Source: Spirochaetia bacterium
GTDB taxonomy: Bacteria; Spirochaetota; Spirochaetia; SZUA-6; Bin103
Direction: 5' to 3'
DNA length: 64,000 nt
Assembly: GCA_965203515.1 (NCBI GenBank)
Contig: OZ241907.1
Coordinates: 2,400,001 to 2,464,000, forward strand
The notes beneath the pieces are model-generated. The model was not told where the DNA came from. It saw only the letters and a list, made by a program, of their open reading frames with translations, and searched no databases. A program made the translations under genes and the position numbers. This document shows, one piece after another, positions 44,801 through 53,999 of this stretch; within the stretch, counting starts at the first letter, position 1, and the number at the start of each line of letters is the position of its first letter.

Positions 44801-45792
44801 GATTGCCGCGCCAACCGGCGGTATACGCGCAGGCCCGCAACCAGGCTGAGGAGCCAGAACAGGCCGGTGCCGACCCAGCCGACGAAGCGAATGGTCAGCG
44901 CCGCCGCGGCGGCGGTATCGGCAGGTGAGCCCAACCAGGCGAGGATGCCGGTGAAGCCCGCCTCCAACAGCCCGAACCCGCCGATCGATTGTACCGGCAG
45001 GGCGGTGATCAGATTGCCGCCGGCGGCCGCGAACAGCACCTCGGACCAGGCCGCGTCCAGGCCGACGGCGCGGCAGAGTAGCCAGTAGCCGCCGAAGATT
45101 GCCATCCACGACAACGCCGTAGGCACCAGGCAGAGCTGCACGATGCGCCGGCGGCGGACGCTTTCCAGCCACCGCCGGCCGCGCCACAGGTGGCGCAGCA
45201 AGTGCGCGCGCCAGCCACGCGGGCGGCCGGCCGCAATTACCAGGCGGCCGGTCAGGCGCAGCCAGACCGGCAGGGTCACGGCTCCCATGAGCGCCAGCGC
45301 GCCGGCCGCCACCGCCAGCGCGACGGCCAGCGGCGCTTCGATCCGGCCCGGGATGAAGATGGCCGGCATGGCCAGCAGCAGGAGGGCGGCAATGACCGCC
45401 AGGTCCAGCAGCCGCTGCACCAGGCCGCAGACGACTGCCGTGGCCGCGTTCCAGCCGTAGGCCTTGCGCATGCTGACCAGCCACGCCACTTCGCCCAGGC
45501 GCATCGGCAGCGCGATCAGCCAGATTGCGTGCCAGGCGCTGACCCGCAGGGCCGTGCTGAACACGTGGTCCTCGGCGATCAGATGCATGCGCAGGGCACT
45601 GAACAGGTGCCCCGCCAGCAGCAGCGCCAACGCCGCCCCCACCGGCGGCCAGGAAAGCTGCTCCGCCACCGCCGCCAGCGAAGCCGGGTCGAGCCGGGTG
45701 GCGACCACTCCAAACAACGCCAGACTGACCGCCCCGGCGACAGCCCAGGTCCAGGGTTTGGCCCATTGCATCGGTCGCTTCGGTGTGTCCAT
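44797..45792 (-). CDS. Lysylphosphatidylglycerol synthase TM-domain (UPF0104/AglD2-like, flippase-like) protein
   Basis: LPMRLGEVA, QRLLDL, LPVQSIGGFGLLEAG; polytopic; start ATG 45792. Confidence 0.8.
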   Translation of the reverse strand: MDTPKRPMQWAKPWTWAVAGAVSLALFGVVATRLDPASLAAVAEQLSWPPVGAALALLLAGHLFSALRMHLIAEDHVFSTALRVSAWHAIWLIALPMRLGEVAWLVSMRKAYGWNAATAVVCGLVQRLLDLAVIAALLLLAMPAIFIPGRIEAPLAVALAVAAGALALMGAVTLPVWLRLTGRLVIAAGRPRGWRAHLLRHLWRGRRWLESVRRRRIVQLCLVPTALSWMAIFGGYWLLCRAVGLDAAWSEVLFAAAGGNLITALPVQSIGGFGLLEAGFTGILAWLGSPADTAAAAALTIRFVGWVGTGLFWLLSLVAGLRVYRRLARQS

Positions 45793-45996
45793 CGCCCGGT
45801 CGAAATCCTCTCCCTCGAAATCATCGTTGTCATGCCGGAGCTTGGAGCGAACCGAAGCTGACAGACGATGCATGCCATCCTACACGAGAGTCACCGGGTG
45901 GCGATCCTGCGCCGATCCGATCCCGATTGTTGACGCTTGCGACCATTAGCCGCTACGATCCCGAATCTTGCTCTACTACTACCGCAAGCCGGCGAC

Positions 45997-46971
45997 GTGG
46001 AGAACGGAGCCGCCCACCCCGTCGTGAGGAAGCACGTCGATGTTCCGGGTGTTTCCGCGCATGATGGCAGGCGCCTGACCCTGAGGCACAGCGCCGACTT
46101 CGTCGACGCGTGGCGGTCGGTAGCCTGCGGCGTCTATCGCTGGCGGCGGGCCGGTCGATTCGCCGTGGTTCCCGCACTCATGGGAAAGCCGGTGTTCGCC
46201 TATCTGCCGGGTCTGAGCTATTCCGACCTGGACCCGGTCGAGGCGCAGGAGCTGGCGCGCGAGATGGCGGGGCGTCGGTTCAACATTCGGGCGCTGGCGC
46301 CGCCGCGCAGGGAAGGGGAACTGCCGCCGGGATCGCCCGCGGTTCTCAGGGTCGACCTGGCCGCCTTTGGCCATGATCGAGAGGCGGTGTGGCAACGGGG
46401 CCTCAATCGCACGGCGCGCAAGTACGTGCAGCGCGCCCGCAGGGCCGGTCTGGCAGCGGCGGAAGAGACCGGCGCGGCCGCGGTGCAGGCATTTTGCGCC
46501 ATGCTGCGCCTGGCTCATGGCCGGCATGGCGCGCCGCTGCCGCCCGCGGCGTTGTTCGAGGCTTTGATGACGGAGCTGGACGCGCGGATCACGGTGGTTC
46601 GGAACCGAATGGACGGCGCTCTGCGGGCCAGCTTTCTGTGGCTGCGTGATGGCCCGATCATCTGGATTCCATGGGGAGGAGCATATCTCTCTGCCGACCA
46701 CCCCACCTACCTCATGTATTGGACCATGGTGGAGCATGCCGTGAACGAGGGCGCGGATATCCTCGACTTCGGGCGCTCTCCGGCCGGCAGCGGGCCCTAC
46801 TGGTTCAAGCGCAAATACGGCGCCAGTCCGGTACCGGTCATGTGGCTGACCGACAAGCCGGTCGACCCCTACCGCCGCTACCGGGCAGCGCAGCGGCTCT
46901 GGCGGGCATTGCCGAACTTCGTGACCGACCGCGCTGGCCCGCGGCTGTGTCGCTATCTGGCGGATTATTGA
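45997..46971 (+). CDS. GNAT/FemAB-like acyltransferase
   Basis: RKYVQRARRAGL, HGAP, YLMYW, ILDFGRS, YWFKRKYGA; start uncertain (TTGACG-N18-TACGAT at 45930-45959 overlaps the longer ORF start). Confidence 0.75.
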   Translation: MENGAAHPVVRKHVDVPGVSAHDGRRLTLRHSADFVDAWRSVACGVYRWRRAGRFAVVPALMGKPVFAYLPGLSYSDLDPVEAQELAREMAGRRFNIRALAPPRREGELPPGSPAVLRVDLAAFGHDREAVWQRGLNRTARKYVQRARRAGLAAAEETGAAAVQAFCAMLRLAHGRHGAPLPPAALFEALMTELDARITVVRNRMDGALRASFLWLRDGPIIWIPWGGAYLSADHPTYLMYWTMVEHAVNEGADILDFGRSPAGSGPYWFKRKYGASPVPVMWLTDKPVDPYRRYRAAQRLWRALPNFVTDRAGPRLCRYLADY

Positions 46972-46987
46972 GTAAGTTAAGTCCAAG

Positions 46988-47689
46988 ATGGACGAGACGG
47001 AACAGACCGATCATGGCCAGGCCCATTACGACGCGCTGCGGCAGCGGTTTGGCGAAAACAGCGCCAGGGCATCGGGCTATCTCTCCGAACGCTGGTTTCA
47101 GCGCGAACGAGCGTTCGTGTTGCACGCCGTCGGCGGCGGCGCCGGCACGGTGCTGGACCTCGGCTGCGGCTCCGGCCTGGTGACGTTGCCGTTGATCCAG
47201 GCCGGGCGCCGGGTCATCGGCGTGGACCTGAACCGGGCGGCGTGCCGGCAGGCCGGCCGCAACGGGCTGCAGGCGATCTGTGGCGACGCGTCCGATCTGC
47301 CGTTGGCGGACGCTACCGCGGAGGCGGCGGTGATGGTCGAGATGGCCCAACAGTGCAGCGCCGACGTGGTCGAACGCGTTCTGCGGGAAGCGGCGCGAGT
47401 GCTGCGCGCCGACGGGCGGCTGGTAATCGTATGGGCCAATCGCGCCGCGTGGGTCCATCGCGCCGCGGCCTTCGGGTTGCGCGTCCTCGCCCCGGCCCGC
47501 CACATCGCCCTTTTCCATCATGCGCCGTCGCGGATGCGCGCGGCGGCGGACCGCGCAGGACTTGCGCTGGTCGAGTGGTTCTCGATCTTTCCGCCGTGGG
47601 GGATGCGGTTGCGGGGCGTTGACGGGCCGCTGGTGGCGCTCATCGGCTCGAGCTTCGTCGCCGTCTTCCGCAAGCGCTCCGAGCGCTGA
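46988..47689 (+). CDS. Class I SAM-dependent methyltransferase
   Basis: VLDLGCGSG, IGVDLN, GDASDLPL, EAARVLRADG. Confidence 0.9.
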   Translation: MDETEQTDHGQAHYDALRQRFGENSARASGYLSERWFQRERAFVLHAVGGGAGTVLDLGCGSGLVTLPLIQAGRRVIGVDLNRAACRQAGRNGLQAICGDASDLPLADATAEAAVMVEMAQQCSADVVERVLREAARVLRADGRLVIVWANRAAWVHRAAAFGLRVLAPARHIALFHHAPSRMRAAADRAGLALVEWFSIFPPWGMRLRGVDGPLVALIGSSFVAVFRKRSER

Positions 47690-47698
47690 CCGCCGCAC

Positions 47699-49686
47699 GT
47701 GGGCGGAGCCGCGCGCGCGCCGCAACACGCCGGGTCAGCGGCCGCCCCGACCCGGTGGGCGCCGCTCGCGCTCGGCGCGCTCGGCGCGCTGCTCATCCTG
47801 CTGCGGGAAGCCAACTTCGGCGTGGGGCTGACCTGGGACTCCGGTTCATACCTGTCGGTGGCCCGCAATCTGTTGGCCGGAAACGGGTTCCTGGAATGGA
47901 ACGGGACCCGGTATCAGGGCGGCGCTCCGCTCTTCCCGCTGCTGCTGGCCGCGGTCGGTCTCTTCGGTGTCGACGCCGCCGCGGCGGCCGGCTCCGTCAA
48001 CGCCGCCGCGTTCGGGTTGACGGTCTTCGCCGTCACCGCCTGGCTGCAACGCCACGTCCGCGCGCCGCTGCTCGCCGTGTGGGCGGGTTGCGCGTGCGTG
48101 CTGTCTCCGGCGTTGGCCCCCGCGGCGGCTCACGCGTGGACCGAAATCGTCTTCATCCTGTTCGTCGTGGTCTCGCTCTCGCTGCTGGAACGGTTTCTGA
48201 ACACCGGGCAACGGTCGGCGCTCCTGCTGGCGGCGGTCGCTACGGCCGCCGCCAGCCTGACCCGCTACCTGGGGGTGACTCTGATCGGCGCCGGAGCGCT
48301 GATCATCCTCTTGCGGAATGACGCTGCAGTTCGTACCCGGATCCGGGACGCAACGATCTGGTCGGCCGCTTCGACGGCGCTGTTCGGCGTCTGGCTGGTA
48401 CGAAACATATTCGTCATAGGATCGGTTTTCGGAAACAACTATCCCGACGGGTTTTCCGCTCTCGTCAGCCTCCACAACCTGACCGGAGAGCTCGCCTTGT
48501 GGTTGTTGGGGCAAACCGGATCTTACTTGCTGAACGCCGCGCTCGGGGGCGCTGTCGGCGTGGGCGCCGCCACCGTACCTGCGGTCGCCGCGAATGCGGC
48601 AATAGTGATCCTGCCGGCGATCGGCATCGGGTACGCCCTTGCGCGGAGCCGGCCCGGCTTCCTGCCGGCGCACCGCACCGTACTGACCGTTGCTCTCGTC
48701 TTCACCGCGGCGTACGCGCTCTTTCTGGCGATATTCCTGCCGCTCGGCGACACGACTCTTCCCGGCAGGTACCTGTTGCCGATATTTCCGCCGCTGCTGG
48801 TAGCGGCGACGCTGGTACTGGACCGGATCATGGCGCACGCACGCGCCCGGAGCGTTCCCGTCGTGGTATCGGTCGTCATGTCGCTGTGGCTGATTTGGCA
48901 GGCCGGCGCGAATTACTACGACATCAGGCAGTGGCTGGAGGATGGCGCCGGCTACACGACGAAGGAGTGGACCGAGTCCGACGTCATCCGTTACCTGAAC
49001 GCCAATCGGCTTACGGGCGCCTGGTGGTCGAGCGACCCGCAGGCGCTCTATTTTCATACCGATATCCGCGCCGGTACGATAGCGATGTCGCTGGCGACCG
49101 TGAAGGATCAGTTGGCCAACAGAGACCCGGCCGAATCGACCTACGTGGTCTTGTTCGACCTGTCGTTTCTCTTTCGGAATTACGACTACGACTACGACGA
49201 CCTGGCGGCGTTGCCGGACGTGGAACCGGTTGCGGACCTGGAAGATGGCGCCATATTCCGGATCGTCGCGCCGAGCCGGCCAAATTTGACGGCTCCTTCG
49301 GGAGCCCGATTGGCCGACGCGGCGTATCGACGAGTGGCCGAGTCGATCCGGGCCGGCTCCTACGGCGCGCCGGCGGCGCGCTCGAACTTCGACCTCTATC
49401 TCGCGGAAGGCGCGTTGACCTATTTCCGGCAGCCGTGCACGGCGGAAGAGGTGGATGCGCGGTTCTTCCTGCACGTCGTCCCGGCGGATCTCGCCGATCC
49501 CGTCGGCCTGCGCCGCTTGCAGTGGCCCTTCGAAAACCTCGATTTTCGTTTTCGGAACGCGGGAATCTACCGGACGGAACGTGCGTCGCGGTCGCGCCGC
49601 TGCCCGACTACCAGATCGCCCGCATCCGCACCGGCCAGTACGTGCCGGGAGAAGGCCACCTCTGGGACGTGACGTTTTCGCCATGA
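47699..49686 (+). CDS. GT-C (ArnT/PMT-like) membrane glycosyltransferase paralog with frameshifted C-terminal two-Cys domain
   Basis: DSGSYLSVARNLL, PLFPL, TEIVF, LTRYLG, RYLLP; homologous tail DGTCVAVAPLPDYQIARIRTGQY...FSP* continues in another frame after about 49570. Confidence 0.75.
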
Positions 49687-49780
49687 ACTTCCGCCCTGCC
49701 GGCCGCTGAGCGGCCGGCGCCGGCGGAGACCCCATGGAGCGCAGCCGGAACGCCGGGGTACTGGCGGAGCGGTGCGGGAG

Positions 49781-49809
49781 TTGACGCCGATCCGCCTGAG
49801 CGGTTCAAT
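49781..49809 (+). promoter_or_regulatory. Putative sigma70 promoter for the nitrilase gene
   Basis: TTGACG-N17-TTCAAT. Confidence 0.5.
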
Positions 49810-49818
49810 AGAGGAACA

Positions 49819-50679
49819 ATGCGCCCGATACGAGTCGCCTGCGGCCAGTTCCAGGCCGGCAGCCTGTCCGACAACGTGGCGATCATGCGCGATCAGGCCG
49901 GTGAGGCTCGATCGCGCGGCGCCCGCATCGTCGTCTTTCCGGAGCTGGCGCTCACCGGCTATCTGCCGGCTCCCGAAGTGCTCGACCACTGCCAGCCCCT
50001 GGACGGTGACGGGGTGGGGGCGATGCGCGACGCCGCCCGCGAGCACGACATCGCCATCGTCTTCGGCCTGCCGGAAATCACCGGCAGCGCCCGGTACAAC
50101 AGCATGCTGGCGGTCGAAGCGACCGGCGCCATCGCCGGCGTCTATCGCAAGATCCACCTCTGGAAGACCGAGGGTTGGGCGCAGCCCGGCGCCGCGGTCG
50201 AGCCCTACGAGCTGGCCGGCGTCACCTGCGCCTCGTGGATCTGCTACGACACGCGGTTCCCGGAAGTCGGCCGCGCCGCCGCGCTGGCCGGCGCCGACCT
50301 CTGCGTGATCTCCACCGCCTGGCTGGGGCCGGGCGACGAGTGGGAGCTGGCGGTGCGGTCGCGCGCCCTCGACAACACGGTGTTCGTCGCCGGGGCGGAC
50401 ATCATCAACCCCGACCCGGCGCTCCGCACCTGTGGCCGCAGCCTCATCGTCAGCCCGAAGGGCCGCGTGCTGGCGCGCGCCGCCGAGGACACGCCAGGCG
50501 TCATCGTCGCCGACCTCGATCCGGAGGAGCAGCAGGCGCAGAAGACGCGCGTGCCGCTGCTCGGCGACCGGCGCCTGGAGACACTGCTGGATCCGGCGCA
50601 GGCAGGCCGCGACGCCGATATCCCGCAGTCGGTGGCCGGCTCATCCCGCGGGCCGGCGATCTGGCGTCCCGGTGCCTGA
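49819..50679 (+). CDS. Carbon-nitrogen hydrolase (nitrilase family)
   Basis: Catalytic triad motifs FPEL, YRKIHL, ICYDTRFPE. Confidence 0.92.
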   Translation: MRPIRVACGQFQAGSLSDNVAIMRDQAGEARSRGARIVVFPELALTGYLPAPEVLDHCQPLDGDGVGAMRDAAREHDIAIVFGLPEITGSARYNSMLAVEATGAIAGVYRKIHLWKTEGWAQPGAAVEPYELAGVTCASWICYDTRFPEVGRAAALAGADLCVISTAWLGPGDEWELAVRSRALDNTVFVAGADIINPDPALRTCGRSLIVSPKGRVLARAAEDTPGVIVADLDPEEQQAQKTRVPLLGDRRLETLLDPAQAGRDADIPQSVAGSSRGPAIWRPGA

Positions 50680-51739
50680 TCCCGGACGCTCCAGGCCGGT
50701 CGGCTTCGGCATCGTCGGGACCGGTCTGATCGCCGGCATGCACGCCCGGGCGCTGGCGGAGGTCCCTACCGCACGCTTGGCGGCCTGCCTGTCGCGCGAC
50801 GCCGCCCGCGCCGAGCGGTTCGCGCAGGAGCACGGCTGCGCCGCGTTCAGCGACCTCGACTCGTTCCTGGCCCACCCTGATCTGGATGCCGTCAGCATCT
50901 GCACGCCGTCCGGCGCCCATCTGGAACCGGCGCTCGCCGCCGCCGCCGCCGGCAAGCACCTGTTCGTGGAGAAACCGCTGGAGGTGACCCTGGACCGCTG
51001 CCGGCGCATCGTCGACGCGGCAGACGCCGCCGGCGTCGTCTGTTCCGGCGTGTTCCAGTCCCGGTCGCTCCCGGACGTCCTGCTGATCCGGCGCGCTCTC
51101 GAGCAGGGCCGGTTCGGCGACATCGTCACCGGCGACGCCATCGTCAAGTGGAGCCGGCCGGCCAGCTACTACCGGGACAGTTGGCACGGCACCCAGGCGC
51201 TGGACGGCGGCGGCGCGCTGATGAACCAGTCGATTCACACCATCGACCTGCTGCAGTGGCTGCTCGGCCCGATCGAATCGGTGCAGGCGTTCACCGCACG
51301 CCGCGCCCACGTCGGGCTCGAGGTCGAGGACACCGCGGTGGCATCGGTCCGGTTCGCGTCCGGGGCGCTCGGCACGATCCAGGGGTCGACGGCGATCCAT
51401 CCCGGCTTCGAGCGGCGCATCGAGATCGGCGGCACGGCCGGCAGCGCCGTGCTGATCGGCGACGTCATCCGGGAGTGGCACTTCGCGGACGAGACCGAGG
51501 AGGACGCGGCGCTGCGCGCGCGCCGCGCCGACGCCGACCCGGGCCGCGGCGGCGCATCCGACCCTGCCGGCGTCGGCATTGCCGGACACCGGCGGCAGTA
51601 CGAGGAGGTGACGGCGGCGATCCTGCACGGCGCGAAGCCCGACATCGATGGCCGAGCCGCGATGGCCGCGGTCGCCATCGTCCTGGCGATCTACCGGAGC
51701 GCGCGCTCCGGGCGGGCCGTCGCGCCGCCCGCCTCGTAG
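50672..51739 (+). CDS. Gfo/Idh/MocA family oxidoreductase
   Basis: GIVGTG, ICTPSGAH, VEKPL, GGGALMNQSIHTID, VEDTA; start GTG 50672. Confidence 0.92.
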   Translation: MPDPGRSRPVGFGIVGTGLIAGMHARALAEVPTARLAACLSRDAARAERFAQEHGCAAFSDLDSFLAHPDLDAVSICTPSGAHLEPALAAAAAGKHLFVEKPLEVTLDRCRRIVDAADAAGVVCSGVFQSRSLPDVLLIRRALEQGRFGDIVTGDAIVKWSRPASYYRDSWHGTQALDGGGALMNQSIHTIDLLQWLLGPIESVQAFTARRAHVGLEVEDTAVASVRFASGALGTIQGSTAIHPGFERRIEIGGTAGSAVLIGDVIREWHFADETEEDAALRARRADADPGRGGASDPAGVGIAGHRRQYEEVTAAILHGAKPDIDGRAAMAAVAIVLAIYRSARSGRAVAPPAS

Positions 51740-51839
51740 GCTTCTTCCGCAGCCGTCGAGCCGGCCGATCCCGGCCGCTCGGCATCCCCGGCCGCCGGCA
51801 GGTTGTCGGGTCACCGCTCGACCCGTAGACTGGAACGTT

Positions 51840-52802
51840 ATGGACGTGCGCAGTTGGTCGAAGTCGATCGTCGATGAAGTCGGCAAGGTGATCCTCGGCA
51901 AGGAGCAGGTCATCCGCCGGCTGCTGATCGCCCTGCTGTGCCGCGGCCACGCGCTGCTGGAGGACGTGCCCGGCGTGGGCAAGACGATCCTGGCGCGGGC
52001 GCTGTCGCTGGCGCTTGGCGGCGAGTTCCGGCGCATCCAGTGCACGCCCGATCTGCTGCCTGCCGACGTGCTGGGCGTCTCCGTCTACAACCCCAAGTCG
52101 GGTGCGTTCGACTTCAAGGAAGGGCCGGTGATGACCAACATCCTGCTGGTCGATGAGGTCAACCGGGCGACGCCACGCACGCAATCAGCGCTGCTGGAGG
52201 CGATGGCGGAGGGGCAGATCAGCGTCGAAGGCAAGACCACCCCGCTGCCGCAGCCGTTCTTCATGATCGCCACGGAGAATCCGGTCGAGTTCGAGGGGAC
52301 CTTCAACCTGCCGGAAGCCCAGAAGGACCGGTTCTTTCTCACTCTGCGCATGGGCTATCCGCCGCCGGAGGCGGAGGAAGAGATCATGCTGGCGCAGCGG
52401 CGGCTCACCCATCCGGTCACGGACCTCAAGCCGGCCACCGATCTGCAGACGGTGCTCTCGCTGCAGCAGCAGATACTCGACGTGGAGGTCGAGGACGAGG
52501 TGCAGGAGTACATCCTGACCCTGGTGGAGGCGACCCGCAGCGACAACCGGCTCAACCTGGGGGCGTCACCGCGCGCGTCGATGGCCCTGTACAAGGGAGC
52601 GCAGGCGGTTGCGGCGATGAACGGCCGCACGCAGGCCACGATCGACGACGTGGTCGACCTGGCGCCGGGCGTGCTGCTGAAGCGGATCAGCGTCAGGTCG
52701 GAACACCAGCTCAAGGGGCTGGACGAGGACCTGGTAATCGACGGTCTGCTCGACTCCACTCCCCGCGAGCCGGCGGCCGCCCCGGTAGCTGCCGGCGGCT
52801 GA
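51840..52802 (+). CDS. MoxR-family AAA+ ATPase (copy 1)
   Basis: EDVPGVGKT, QCTPDLLPAD, DEVNRA, QSALLEAM, ATENP, GASPR; start ATG 51840. Confidence 0.93.
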   Translation: MDVRSWSKSIVDEVGKVILGKEQVIRRLLIALLCRGHALLEDVPGVGKTILARALSLALGGEFRRIQCTPDLLPADVLGVSVYNPKSGAFDFKEGPVMTNILLVDEVNRATPRTQSALLEAMAEGQISVEGKTTPLPQPFFMIATENPVEFEGTFNLPEAQKDRFFLTLRMGYPPPEAEEEIMLAQRRLTHPVTDLKPATDLQTVLSLQQQILDVEVEDEVQEYILTLVEATRSDNRLNLGASPRASMALYKGAQAVAAMNGRTQATIDDVVDLAPGVLLKRISVRSEHQLKGLDEDLVIDGLLDSTPREPAAAPVAAGG

Positions 52803-52805
52803 CCG

Positions 52806-53999
52806 GTGACGATCACCGCAGGGGGGCGGCTGCGCTTCTTCGTCGATCTCCTGTTCCCGCTGTTCCTCCTGGGAACGTTTCTGTTCGCGCCGTTCCGCCC
52901 GTTCCGCTTCGCGGTCCTGGCCCTGCTGGTGATCCGCGCGCTGTCGCTGCTGTACGCGTACCTGGCGCCGCGCCTCGTGCAGGTGACCCGCAGCGAAACG
53001 CTGATCCACGCGCAGCGCTTCCAACGGTTTCGCGTGACCCTCGATCTGCACAATCGCGGGCCGATCCCGATCCACTACCTGACCGTGACCGACACCTACG
53101 GCAGCTTCGTGGTGCGCGGCGGCTCCTTCATGGTCGCCCTGCCGCCCGGCGAACGCCGGCAGGTAACCTATGAGGCGGAGAGCCATTACCGCGGCGAGTT
53201 CAAACTGGGGCCGGTGCGGCTGCGCGGCGCCGACCCGATGGGCTTCTTCCGTTGGGATCACCAGTCGCCGACCCCCGCCACCGTGCTGGTCTACCCGGCG
53301 GTCTTCCCGGTCGAGATGCACGAGAAGGACGGTCTGCCGTCCGGCAGCATCACGGTATCCAGCCGCCTCTACGAAGACACGACCCGGTTCCGCTCCGTGC
53401 GCGAATACGTGGCCGGCGACGAGCTGAAGCGCATCAACTGGAAGGTGTCGGCGCGCATGGGCAAGTTGTTCTCCACCGAATACACGCCGTCGATCTACTA
53501 CCCGGTCATGATCGTGCTGAACCTGACGGAGGCCGATTACCCGATGGGCCAGCGCGAGCACCTCATGGAACGTGCGATCGAGGTGGCCGGCAGCCTGTTG
53601 TTCTTCTTCGTCAGCCTCAAGCAGGAGGTCGGCATCATCACCACCGGATCGATACGCGGCAGCGACCGGCCGCCGGCGGAGCCAGCGCGCGCCGGGGTGG
53701 GTCACGCCATCGGCATCCTGGAGATGCTGGCGCGCGTCACCGCCGGCAAGGAACGGATCGACTTCACCGGCCACGTGCTGGCATCGGGCGTGACGATCCC
53801 CACCGGCGCCAAGGTGATGGTGGTGACGCCGCCCACCACCGGGGCGCAGAACGATTCGCTGCTGGCGTTGCGCCGCCGCGGCCATGACGTGCAGGTCTTC
53901 ATCGTCTCCACGCATCAGACCCGTGAGGAGGACGCGGTGGTGCCCGGCATCCGCTCGCACCCGGTGCGCGGCTACGGATCGGAGCTGATCAAGCGATGA
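52806..53999 (+). CDS. DUF58-domain protein
   Basis: N-terminal TMs, RGEFKLGPV, DPMG, VLVYP, VREYVAGDELKRINWKVSAR. Confidence 0.88.
   Translation: MTITAGGRLRFFVDLLFPLFLLGTFLFAPFRPFRFAVLALLVIRALSLLYAYLAPRLVQVTRSETLIHAQRFQRFRVTLDLHNRGPIPIHYLTVTDTYGSFVVRGGSFMVALPPGERRQVTYEAESHYRGEFKLGPVRLRGADPMGFFRWDHQSPTPATVLVYPAVFPVEMHEKDGLPSGSITVSSRLYEDTTRFRSVREYVAGDELKRINWKVSARMGKLFSTEYTPSIYYPVMIVLNLTEADYPMGQREHLMERAIEVAGSLLFFFVSLKQEVGIITTGSIRGSDRPPAEPARAGVGHAIGILEMLARVTAGKERIDFTGHVLASGVTIPTGAKVMVVTPPTTGAQNDSLLALRRRGHDVQVFIVSTHQTREEDAVVPGIRSHPVRGYGSELIKR

Noticed and set aside
43904..45766. 620-aa ORF suggesting a flippase-deacetylase fusion
   Set aside because: The upstream part is an alternate frame over the flippase-like gene; the two genes overlap by ATGA at 44797-44800.
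49555..49580. Programmed ribosomal frameshift in the GT-C paralog
   Set aside because: No slippery heptamer or homopolymer at the site; the other domain copies are in frame.
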